64,000 bases of DNA, taken from IMG/VR virus record IMGVR_UViG_3300028128_000337, positions 34,279-98,278 of that record. The stretch is one strand, 5' to 3'. Source of the DNA: a virus. Lineage: Duplodnaviria > Caudoviricetes. The notes beneath the pieces are model-generated. The model was given only the letters and a program-made list of their open reading frames with translations. It had not been told where the DNA came from and did no database searches. Position 1 is the stretch's first letter. Each line of letters begins with the position of its first letter. Shown here one piece after another: positions 9,219 through 17,618 of the stretch. The position numbers and the translations under genes are program-made.

Positions 9219-10547
9219 ATGAATTTTAAAGCATATAACAGAGTAATAGAGGAAGGGGGTGCCTATGGTCACATGATGAACGTGCATGAGGACTACACTT
9301 TACAGTTTGAGGACCTGCAAAGAATCATCAAACAAGCGCTGACCGGTGGTATCAAAGGTCAAGTCAAAGAGAAAACTGACGGTCAAGCGTTAGCTGTGAG
9401 TCATCGTGCCAATCGTGTGTGTTTCGCAAGGAACAAGGGTCATTACAAGAACTTTGGCAAGAACGCCATACGTGGTGCCAAGGGCATTGCAGAATTTTTC
9501 AAGGAGCATCCGAATGACAACGTGAAAGAAGCGTTCACATTCGCGGCAAAGGATCTAGAGAAAGCCATCCTGGCGTTGAGTGACAGACAGAAGCAACTGT
9601 TGTTCGCAGATGGCAAGAGATGGATCAACGTGGAAGTGATCTGGCCAGCCACTGTGAATGTGATACCGTACAATCACGAGCTGTTGGTCTTGCACAACTT
9701 TCGTGAGTATGATGAGGATGGTAATGTTGTTGATGGTGATTTTGACGAGTATGGTCGCATGATGGCAGGCATGATCGAGCAGATCAACCAACACGTGCAG
9801 GACAAATTCACAATAACCAGCATGCCAATATTGAAATTGCCTCAAGTTAAAAATTTTGAAGCCAGCATCGGTGAGTATCAAGGTGTGTTGAGCAACCTGA
9901 TGACCGAACACGGACTGAATCCTAGCAACAACATCGGTGACTACTGGGTGAGTTACATGAGCCGAGTGGTTCAGAACGGAGCACGTGAGTTCGGTTACAT
10001 AGCACAAGCAGATACGCTTAGAAGAATCGCGTATAGATGGGCGTTCAAAATGCTCACTCCAGGCAAACGTCCCAAAGATTACAACTCGTTAGCGTTGAGC
10101 AAGATCACCGAGCTCAAGGGTATGGTTGACAATCGAGAGTTCATACAATGGATCAGCGCCACCGAGAAGAGTGGTGAGCTCAAGAGCATCTACAATCGGA
10201 TGATCGAGCCTCTCAAAGCGTTGTTTCTCAAGCTTGGTGTGGAGTTGAACAAGAACATTTCCAATCTACTCACACTGAATCCATCACAAGCTGTCCAGGA
10301 GATACGACAAGGAATTGAAGAAGTTACAAGAGAAATTGAGGCGACAGGAGATCTAGCATTGATGGACAAGCTACATCATGAGCTAAAAATGATAAACAAG
10401 CTGGGTGGACTGGACAACATAGTACCAAGTGAGGGTCTCACGTTCACATACACGTCACCTGGTGACAGCGAGCCTAAAATTTACAAATTCACGGGCATAT
10501 TCGCACCAGTTAATCAAATTCTAGGTAGCTTAAAATTCAGTCGGTGA
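9219..10547 (+). CDS. Covalent nucleotidyltransferase (ATP-dependent ligase)-fold protein, DUF6267-like
   Basis: EGGAYGHM N-terminus; motif I KEKTDG, motif IV-like SEGLTF, motif V-like YKFTG. Confidence 0.65.
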   Translation: MNFKAYNRVIEEGGAYGHMMNVHEDYTLQFEDLQRIIKQALTGGIKGQVKEKTDGQALAVSHRANRVCFARNKGHYKNFGKNAIRGAKGIAEFFKEHPNDNVKEAFTFAAKDLEKAILALSDRQKQLLFADGKRWINVEVIWPATVNVIPYNHELLVLHNFREYDEDGNVVDGDFDEYGRMMAGMIEQINQHVQDKFTITSMPILKLPQVKNFEASIGEYQGVLSNLMTEHGLNPSNNIGDYWVSYMSRVVQNGAREFGYIAQADTLRRIAYRWAFKMLTPGKRPKDYNSLALSKITELKGMVDNREFIQWISATEKSGELKSIYNRMIEPLKALFLKLGVELNKNISNLLTLNPSQAVQEIRQGIEEVTREIEATGDLALMDKLHHELKMINKLGGLDNIVPSEGLTFTYTSPGDSEPKIYKFTGIFAPVNQILGSLKFSR

Positions 10548-10778
10548 TCAAGACTGTCTCAATTTCTTGATTTTGTCATCCATGTAGCGTTCTGATTCAC
10601 GTTTAGCTCTAGACAGATCTGGTGTTAATTTCTTACCTTGTTCATCCATCTCTTCAGCACTCTGCTGTATTTCTATAGCGGCATCCATCTTCTCACCTTC
10701 AGTTTCTTCATCCGAAGCCTCATATATGCTCATGTACGCTTGTTGCAGTTGATCAAATTCGTTTCTCTTTGTGTTCAT
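10548..10778 (-). CDS. Small acidic late protein, possible internal head protein
   Basis: ATAAATA 6 nt upstream; LQQAYMSIYE N-terminal motif. Confidence 0.55.
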   Translation of the reverse strand: MNTKRNEFDQLQQAYMSIYEASDEETEGEKMDAAIEIQQSAEEMDEQGKKLTPDLSRAKRESERYMDDKIKKLRQS

Positions 10779-10790
10779 TGTGTATATTTA

Positions 10791-11159
10791 TTAAAATTTG
10801 TCAGATACGCTAGGGTTTGGGTGGTTCACTTGGAACCCTGCACTTCCATTGTACTGTAAATATTCTTGTGGCTTACCATCCAATCCCGGTTGAGTTTTCA
10901 CGACCGATGTTTGGTTTCTGTTACCATCTGGACCCTGTTCATAATATTCTGAATCGCTCCCCGGGCGGGAGATGCATCTGCCGGTGGTGTCGTCTATCAC
11001 CGGTGGTTGTTCACCAGGATTGAACTGGTACAACTCATAAACTCTATACTCAGTTGGCTTGCCGGATGGCCCAATCGCAGTTTTTGTTGTGAACGTTGCG
11101 GTGTTTATATCCCCCGCATTGCCCGGTTTTCGCCAATATGATCTGTTTCCTCCTGCCAT
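10791..11159 (-). CDS. Small Gly/Pro-rich late protein
   Basis: Start re-set to MAGGNRSYW (11159), ATAAATA 5 nt upstream; internal repeat KTAIGPSGKPTEY / KTQPGLDGKPQEY. Confidence 0.55.
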   Translation of the reverse strand: MAGGNRSYWRKPGNAGDINTATFTTKTAIGPSGKPTEYRVYELYQFNPGEQPPVIDDTTGRCISRPGSDSEYYEQGPDGNRNQTSVVKTQPGLDGKPQEYLQYNGSAGFQVNHPNPSVSDKF

Positions 11160-11213
11160 AATAATATTTATTAATTTTAATTGAAATATATCAGTAACAA
11201 CATAAATAGATAC

Positions 11214-11393
11214 ATGAGCGACACTCACAACAACCTCCTGTCTCAAGTTGAGCAATACATTCAAGATAACGAGAAGTTTTCTGACAAAGGAAACAAAGCT
11301 GCTGGTACCCGGGCACGCAAAGCGTTGATGGAAATTACCAAGCTATGCAAGGACCGGAGGAAAGAGATCCAAGAAGCCAAGAATAACTCATAA
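11214..11393 (+). CDS. Histone H1-like (Hc1-type) small basic helical protein
   Basis: EKFSDKGNKAAGTRARKALMEITKLCKDRRKEIQEAKN; ATAAATA 5 nt upstream. Confidence 0.75.
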   Translation: MSDTHNNLLSQVEQYIQDNEKFSDKGNKAAGTRARKALMEITKLCKDRRKEIQEAKNNS

Positions 11394-11412
11394 GCTTTAC
11401 ATAAATACTTCT

Positions 11413-11880
11413 ATGCATAACAAGACGTGGAAGAAAGAAAAGGATTTATTATCTGAAGCTTACGCTTCAATCAGCGAGACAACTCATGAGAATGATGCGC
11501 CGGCGCTTGGTAGGGATGAAGAGAGACAGTCTGATGGTAGTGTTAAAAACATTAAGACCGGAGAGACGGTGTACACACCCAAGGATAAGAGTCAAGCGGA
11601 TGAGGGTATCGCGACTGATTTGGCGAACGCTGATCGACCCGCGGGAGATGATCACCTTGAAATGGAGCCCGGAGAGGTACCGGAAGACATAATGGGACAT
11701 GAACCGGATGAAGTTGACGCGGAAATTGATTCTTTAAAAAATTTAATTCTCAACCCGTCCAAAGACAAGGTAGAGGAATACGCACGTAACGGTCAATTAC
11801 ATGTGTATGTGGATATGCTTAAAAAGAAGTTGGAAGCTGCTGAAGCTGTAAAGGCAGCGGTACGAGGGGAACAGGATTAA
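11413..11880 (+). CDS. Acidic late protein, possible internal head protein
   Basis: ATAAATA at 11401; DLLSEAYASISE N-terminal motif. Confidence 0.6.
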   Translation: MHNKTWKKEKDLLSEAYASISETTHENDAPALGRDEERQSDGSVKNIKTGETVYTPKDKSQADEGIATDLANADRPAGDDHLEMEPGEVPEDIMGHEPDEVDAEIDSLKNLILNPSKDKVEEYARNGQLHVYVDMLKKKLEAAEAVKAAVRGEQD

Positions 11881-12046
11881 CTAATCACTAACCCGTTTGT
11901 AAGCTAACAGTATAGTTGATATTATAACAATTAACGTAAACACGAATACCCCGTTATATGCATGAGAGACATGCTCACACGCACCGGTGGTACAGTCTAT
12001 ATATTTTGTATCAATCTTATTAAGTATGGTTTTCACTTGATTGGTG

Positions 12047-13165
12047 TTATCTCAATCCGGTCGTCTCAAATACATCTCTAGCTACCCCGGCTGAAAAACC
12101 TCCGGTTACTCCCTTCACTATTACTGACACCGCATTGTGACTGTGTAGACTTTCGTTGTGTGATGCTACAATCTTAAAATCCTTGATACGAGACTCGTTA
12201 TTTAATTTTTCATACATTAACCTCACCGCGTCCTCTACAAATTTTAAATTAGATCCATTGAGCTCGGCAAATGCTTGCTCATCTTCACGCTTGACCATCA
12301 CCTGTGTCTCAGTCTGCAAGGCCGCTAAACACAACTCCTGTATATCCTCTACCCATAGCATGTCATCAAAACGTACACTCACTCGAGCCACACTCCGTTG
12401 ACTATGTGGCACGGTAGCCCGATTTCGGTATTTTTCAGCATGCTCGCTCAGCTCGAAACTACATGGGCATGCGGATGAATATACAAAATCAAAGTGTATA
12501 TATTTTTTAAATTCTCCGGATTTGGTCAAATCACCTTCAAACACCACGTCATAATACTGAAAACCTTCCAAACCACTTCTCAAGCTCTTCTGTCTAATAG
12601 GATACGAAGTCTTTAGCATGATTCTAGAGTCAAAACACATTAGATTTTTTTTATAATTCTCTAGCACGTCTCTTATTTTGTCAATGCTAAATGTTTCATC
12701 CTTGTGATTGTAAAAGCTTCTCATGATTCTCGACATGTTAATCCCTTTTTTATGTGCTTCTAGGCTTACGCTACCCGTGACACTAGTTTCTAGCTCAATC
12801 GTTGCACCACTTCTCTTCTTGTACGTCAATGGTAATCTGAAATTGTGTATACCTACTTGTTGTATCGCCACCGGTGCTCCCTGTATCAGACTTGATGGCC
12901 CGTTTTGCAGGTCTGGTAATGAAGAGATGTACTCTTTATCGGCTGTTAGCTTGTTGTCATACACTCTAATAGGTGACGCATAACCCTTACTATACTCATC
13001 CCCCATGATTTTCTTGGCGATATCGTCTTTCTCTCCGGTCAACTCGTCATCCCCTAGCCACTCATAATTATTCTCTGGTACACCTTGTGACATCTGCTCC
13101 GTCCAACGATCGATTTCCTTTATTTGCTCCCGGGAGCGTGTGTAATTACCATTTGTTTCTGACAT
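12047..13165 (-). CDS. folE2: GTP cyclohydrolase I type B (FolE2)
   Basis: LPDLQ, IQQVGI, KGINMSR, SACPCS, PHSQRS, VKREDEQAFA, FVEDAVR, ESLHSHNA; start set at MSETN from promoter spacing. Confidence 0.92.
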   Translation of the reverse strand: MSETNGNYTRSREQIKEIDRWTEQMSQGVPENNYEWLGDDELTGEKDDIAKKIMGDEYSKGYASPIRVYDNKLTADKEYISSLPDLQNGPSSLIQGAPVAIQQVGIHNFRLPLTYKKRSGATIELETSVTGSVSLEAHKKGINMSRIMRSFYNHKDETFSIDKIRDVLENYKKNLMCFDSRIMLKTSYPIRQKSLRSGLEGFQYYDVVFEGDLTKSGEFKKYIHFDFVYSSACPCSFELSEHAEKYRNRATVPHSQRSVARVSVRFDDMLWVEDIQELCLAALQTETQVMVKREDEQAFAELNGSNLKFVEDAVRLMYEKLNNESRIKDFKIVASHNESLHSHNAVSVIVKGVTGGFSAGVARDVFETTGLR

Positions 13166-13171
13166 ACTTTG

Positions 13172-13200
13172 ATTATATATTATTACATACATTAATTCAA
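13172..13200 (-). promoter_or_regulatory. Sigma70-type promoter, probably leaderless folE2 mRNA
   Basis: TTGAAT-N17-TATAAT-N6-ATG. Confidence 0.75.
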
Positions 13201-13222
13201 CTACAATTTAATAAATAATATT

Positions 13223-13657
13223 ATGTCCAAATTCAACTCAATACTAGAAAATCATTTGAACACAACTAGTCTACTTAGAATACGTATCAAACATGACCCG
13301 GCTAATGATCCAGGGCAGTTGGAGGAATATGTGGGTTATGTGCTCGAGGAAGACGGTACTGGTAATATTGTAGCAATCGTTCCCAGCATGGGTTCAGATA
13401 CAGTGTCGCTCGGCCCGGATCAGTACCTGCCGGATGCTGAAGGTTGTGGTATCAGACAAGATGAACTGGCTGCGTTTAAGAAGCATGTGGTGAATTTTTT
13501 GATGGCTAGGGGTTATCATGATGCTGTTAGTAACAGTATGGAGCATATAATACATGCAAATGATGTCAAGATGTTAGAGAATATACTAGTACAAACATGT
13601 GGATGTGATTCAGGTGCGATACTTGACATGTATAGGGATTTTATACAGGATGTTTGA
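13223..13657 (+). CDS. Hypothetical late protein
   Basis: ATAAATA at 13211; MSKFNSILE N-terminus; YVGYVLEE motif. Confidence 0.6.
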   Translation: MSKFNSILENHLNTTSLLRIRIKHDPANDPGQLEEYVGYVLEEDGTGNIVAIVPSMGSDTVSLGPDQYLPDAEGCGIRQDELAAFKKHVVNFLMARGYHDAVSNSMEHIIHANDVKMLENILVQTCGCDSGAILDMYRDFIQDV

Positions 13658-14306
13658 GTCATTTGAACAGCTGTACAACACTATCATAAGCGAACAACAA
13701 AATAATGTTGAAAAAATTGGTGTGTTTCCAGGAGCATTCAAACCACCACACATGGGACACTACGCCACTGCATTGAATGCATGTAAATCCAACGACAGGG
13801 TCTATATTTTTGTTTCGAATAAGTCCAGAGCACTGACCACACAACACATCGCAAAACAAAAAGGAGCGAAAGATTGTGATGCAGATCGATATAGTAACTT
13901 CATGAAAAATGACAAATACACCAGCAACCTGCTGAGTATCAGCCCGGCAGCTTGCGCGCGGATGACGAGTGCCAGTGCCATGCGCGCAGCAATTTCTATA
14001 AAGGACAAAAACACAATATTCAAAAACTTACCGGATGGTGTTGACAAAGATTATATCTTCGGTTTACTTATGATGAGCAATGATCAAAACAACCCAGAGT
14101 ATGGTCATATCTCAATAGAGCAGACCATGCAAATATGGTCACAATACAAACAACTACTTTTGAAGCACTCTGGTAGGTCAGATCAAGATATTGTGCTGCA
14201 GATTTCCCAAATAAGTCCCGTCAAAGACACATATGACCTGGTGCATGAGATAAATAACAGTGAGGGTGCTAGAAATACTAGTGTCAATTTATATGTAGGT
14301 ACATGA
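13650..14306 (+). CDS. HxGH (cytidylyltransferase/NMNAT-like) nucleotidyltransferase
   Basis: GVFPGAFKPPHMGHY and TSASAMR motifs; start set at MFESFEQLYNTIISE. Confidence 0.75.
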   Translation: MFESFEQLYNTIISEQQNNVEKIGVFPGAFKPPHMGHYATALNACKSNDRVYIFVSNKSRALTTQHIAKQKGAKDCDADRYSNFMKNDKYTSNLLSISPAACARMTSASAMRAAISIKDKNTIFKNLPDGVDKDYIFGLLMMSNDQNNPEYGHISIEQTMQIWSQYKQLLLKHSGRSDQDIVLQISQISPVKDTYDLVHEINNSEGARNTSVNLYVGT

Positions 14307-14737
14307 TGAAGAGGTTTGGTAGATATGATAGTGATTACAACAATCTGTTTGAATGTTACAGTAAGGTTCAACCTGGACTTATACGTGAGGTGAGTCTACC
14401 GAGCATGACGCGACAGAAGATCACCAAATCACATGGTAATTCATATCCAGAACTAGAAACAGTCAAAATATTCATACAACAACCCGGGCGTGGAGCGGAT
14501 CTAAGACATCAGGTATCCAATTGTGAAGTGATGAGTGATGATGGTGATGGGGGTGTTGTATTGACCGGGGAGGATGGTAGGGACACGATACATGCTGTGT
14601 TGACCAAGCGAGATGCACAGATAAAGGTGATAGATTCTAATGATGGTCATGTTGAGAATGAATTTATAACAACCATACAACCTAAATTTGATTCAGATCA
14701 AAAGGAACTTAGAATAATACATGTAGAAGAATTATGA
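14303..14737 (+). CDS. Hypothetical protein
   Basis: 144-aa ORF overlapping neighbours by 4 nt. Confidence 0.55.
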   Translation: MMKRFGRYDSDYNNLFECYSKVQPGLIREVSLPSMTRQKITKSHGNSYPELETVKIFIQQPGRGADLRHQVSNCEVMSDDGDGGVVLTGEDGRDTIHAVLTKRDAQIKVIDSNDGHVENEFITTIQPKFDSDQKELRIIHVEEL

Positions 14738-14937
14738 AACAACTGAAACATAATGAGAAGCGTGACAGTGTGATACTCTGTTGCGGAAGTAAACGCTGCC
14801 CGGAACTGTTTAATGCAGGTGATGATAAAATACGTATACGTGATGATGATGGTTTTATAATCACAATTTCAAAAGAACAAGCCCGGCTCATTCCTCAAGC
14901 CATTGACATGGTGGACAAAAATAAAGCTGATGATTGA
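14734..14937 (+). CDS. Small hypothetical protein with CC-x4-C motif
   Basis: ILCCGSKRCPEL; translationally coupled. Confidence 0.55.
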   Translation: MKQLKHNEKRDSVILCCGSKRCPELFNAGDDKIRIRDDDGFIITISKEQARLIPQAIDMVDKNKADD

Positions 14938-15202
14938 GCTAGTATGTTGTGTGGGTTTGCATTGGATCTTGAAATATGGTACCATCTTGAATGTTATCAG
15001 AGATCAAATCACACGTATCAATCTGATATCCAGGTTGTTCAAGTGTAGTTTATGTCTTGGATTTTGGTGTGGTGTGATTGTTGCTCTGTTCACATCAAAC
15101 GACCTGTTAATATACAGTTTCGCGTCCGCTGGGGCATGTTGGTTCATAGACAACATCAACAACACTCTACAAAGTATAGAAATTAAGCTTGATAAAGACT
15201 GA
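14930..15202 (+). CDS. Small membrane protein, DUF1360-like
   Basis: Hydrophobic helices with LFKCSLCLGFWCG (C-x2-C-x2-FW). Confidence 0.6.
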   Translation: MIELVCCVGLHWILKYGTILNVIRDQITRINLISRLFKCSLCLGFWCGVIVALFTSNDLLIYSFASAGACWFIDNINNTLQSIEIKLDKD

Positions 15203-15217
15203 GACGTATGTTATAAT
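15189..15217 (+). promoter_or_regulatory. Sigma70-type promoter, probably leaderless queD mRNA
   Basis: TTGATA-N17-TATAAT-N6-ATG(15224). Confidence 0.75.
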
Positions 15218-15223
15218 TATTGT

Positions 15224-15841
15224 ATGTTTACAAGTACAAAAATTATTGAATTAGGTAGCTGTGCGTTCAGACAACCTAATGCAGATTCTCATTGCAGGTT
15301 TCTGCATGGTTATAGGTTAACAGCTAAGTTTTGGTTTAGATCTGAAAAATTGGATGATAATAACTGGGTTGTTGATTTTGGTGGATTGAAGGATCTAAAG
15401 AAACAATTACAGAAGCAATTTGATCATACTACATGCATATCCAGAACAGATCCAAAGCTAGACATTTTCAAGAATATGAGAGATGCTGGTGTGTGTGACT
15501 TGAGAGTCATGGACGGTGTTGGTATCGAAAAATTTGCGGAATGGTGTCATGATGCGGCTGATGAATTTGTCAGTTTGACGACTGATATGAGATGTAGGTG
15601 TGTGGCAGTTGAAGTGTTTGAGCATGAGAATAATTCTGCAATCTTTAGCACTCCGGTGGAGAAGCTCACACCAGCCAAACAAGAGGATGTTTTTTCAGTT
15701 CCGGAACAGGAGAAAGGTGTAGTGGTTCCAGAAAATGCATTTTCAGTACCTGTTGAACCAGGAAAAACACCAGCTCCGTTGAATTGTAAGAAGAGTACTA
15801 GCTGGATAGACAAGGAATCTACCAACACATGGGGACTATGA
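15224..15841 (+). CDS. queD: 6-carboxy-tetrahydropterin synthase QueD (PTPS family) with C-terminal extension
   Basis: SHCRFLHGY, WVVDFGGLK, FDH, GIEKFAE, VFEHENNSA; adjacent to queE. Confidence 0.88.
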   Translation: MFTSTKIIELGSCAFRQPNADSHCRFLHGYRLTAKFWFRSEKLDDNNWVVDFGGLKDLKKQLQKQFDHTTCISRTDPKLDIFKNMRDAGVCDLRVMDGVGIEKFAEWCHDAADEFVSLTTDMRCRCVAVEVFEHENNSAIFSTPVEKLTPAKQEDVFSVPEQEKGVVVPENAFSVPVEPGKTPAPLNCKKSTSWIDKESTNTWGL

Positions 15842-16629
15842 CACAACACAAACCAATACCAACATCATTAGATTTATCTGAGAGTTTCTACTCTGTTCAA
15901 TGCGAGGGTAACACAACAGGTTATCCAGCGTATTTCATACGATTGAAATCATGTAACTTAATGTGTGGTGGGAGAAATGGCTCGTTGATGGACACCGGTG
16001 AGGCTACATGGTGGTGTGACACTGAAGCTGTGTGGCGGAAGGGATTAGAGAAGCCCTTTTTCAAGTTGGTTCAACAATGGGAGGAAGAGAAGATTGATCA
16101 GTGGATATACAATGGTAGAGTGCATTTGATATGGACTGGTGGTGAGCCTACCATACCTAAGCACCAGCGAGCTATTCCTGCGTTCAGTGAATTTTTGAGA
16201 CAACATGCCTTCAATCAACACAATATAGAGCTCAACACTTTTGATGAAATTGAAACAAACGGTACGTTGGTTATCCAAGATCAATTATTCTATATGTTGG
16301 ATCAGATCAATTGCTCGGTAAAGCTGGCCAATAGTGGTATGGCAGAGAACAGGCGTATTGTACCGGCAGCCCTAGAAAAGATAATGTCACATGATAATTA
16401 CTGGTTCAAGTTCGTGATCAGTACAGAAGAGTGTCTTAAGGAGATTGAGAGAGATTTCATCAAACCATTCAACATACCACACGATAGAGTGATGATGCAA
16501 CCGGGTCTAGATAGACAAGAGAACTACCACGAGAGGACTCGTTTCACCCTAGAGATGGCTAAAAAGTATGGTTATATTGGATTGTCTAGATTACATGTGT
16601 CAGCGTGGGACAAATTGACTGGCGTTTAA
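15829..16629 (+). CDS. queE: 7-carboxy-7-deazaguanine synthase QueE (radical SAM)
   Basis: ESFYSVQCEG, FIRL..CNLMC...WCDT, TGGEP, IETNGT, S.KL.NSG, RLHV. Confidence 0.88.
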   Translation: MGTMTQHKPIPTSLDLSESFYSVQCEGNTTGYPAYFIRLKSCNLMCGGRNGSLMDTGEATWWCDTEAVWRKGLEKPFFKLVQQWEEEKIDQWIYNGRVHLIWTGGEPTIPKHQRAIPAFSEFLRQHAFNQHNIELNTFDEIETNGTLVIQDQLFYMLDQINCSVKLANSGMAENRRIVPAALEKIMSHDNYWFKFVISTEECLKEIERDFIKPFNIPHDRVMMQPGLDRQENYHERTRFTLEMAKKYGYIGLSRLHVSAWDKLTGV

Positions 16630-16652
16630 CATATGTGTAACTAAATATTATC

Positions 16653-17357
16653 ATGAGACTATCAATATCAGGTACCGCAGCACAAGGTAAGACAACACTG
16701 CTAGATTCATTTTTAAACCAATGGGAGATGTACTCTACACCGGAGATTAATTACCGAAAATTGTTGAAATCCGATACCCATAGCAAAAATACTAACAAAG
16801 AGACACAATGGTCCATTTTGAATCATATGATTGATCAGATTGAAACCTATGATGAGAAGGCTAATGTTATATTTGACAGATGTCCTCTGGATAATCTAGT
16901 GTATACCATGTGGGCATGTCACAAAAAAGTGGGAGACATTGATGATGCGTTTGTTGAGAAGTGTATTCCTATTGTGAAAGAATCTATGAAGTTTCTGGAC
17001 ATAATCTTCATCATACCCATAACGAATGTAGCTCAGAGTGATATCGAGGATGATGGTAAAAGAGAGACAGACTCTGAGTATATCAGTGAGATTGATAATT
17101 TTTTTAAAGCTCTATATAACAATTGGAACAGTGAAGATACTCGTTTTTTTCCAAAAGAAGATCGCGCAGCATTGATCGAAATATTCGGTACAACACAGGA
17201 AAGATTGAAGATGTTAGAGTTGTATGTCACTACAGATGGGGGTATGTATGGTGATGAAGACACGTTAGTTGACACTAATATGCTGTTTGATGAGTTTGGT
17301 TACCCTTTGCTACCGGACGACCAATTTGAAGATTCCGGTAACAAGACCTATAAATAA
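16653..17357 (+). CDS. P-loop nucleoside/nucleotide kinase-like protein (AAA_28-like)
   Basis: ISGTAAQGKTT Walker A, FDRCPLDNLVY, DDGKRETD. Confidence 0.7.
   Translation: MRLSISGTAAQGKTTLLDSFLNQWEMYSTPEINYRKLLKSDTHSKNTNKETQWSILNHMIDQIETYDEKANVIFDRCPLDNLVYTMWACHKKVGDIDDAFVEKCIPIVKESMKFLDIIFIIPITNVAQSDIEDDGKRETDSEYISEIDNFFKALYNNWNSEDTRFFPKEDRAALIEIFGTTQERLKMLELYVTTDGGMYGDEDTLVDTNMLFDEFGYPLLPDDQFEDSGNKTYK
17349..17356 (+). promoter_or_regulatory. T4-type late promoter TATAAATA
   Basis: Exact TATAAATA 7 nt before ATG 17364. Confidence 0.7.
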
Positions 17358-17363
17358 CTATAT

Positions 17364-17618
17364 ATGAAACAATTCAATGAGCGTTTAGATGACATAACAG
17401 AAAATTACGGGCTGTTCAAGACCGTAGTCAGAGAAAGATACCCAAGTAAGTTAAAATTGAGTGAAGAGTTTGTTGAAAGTTTCAAGCGCGAGTTTCAGAG
17501 TCAAGTAGACCCACTATACACGGAAGATGAAGACGGTGTACAAGTTTTGAGCAGAGAGGCTCGTGATCCTAAAAGAGTGTTGAAAGAGTTTCAAAAAGCT
17601 CTCAAGTTTTTGATTTAG
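17364..17618 (+). CDS. Small hypothetical late protein
   Basis: MKQFNERLDDITE N-terminus. Confidence 0.55.
   Translation: MKQFNERLDDITENYGLFKTVVRERYPSKLKLSEEFVESFKREFQSQVDPLYTEDEDGVQVLSREARDPKRVLKEFQKALKFLI

Noticed and set aside
11881-12046. Intergenic gap with a small hairpin (GCATG-AGAGA-CATGC)
   Set aside because: Short, between convergent genes, only weak stems; not enough to call an RNA or terminator
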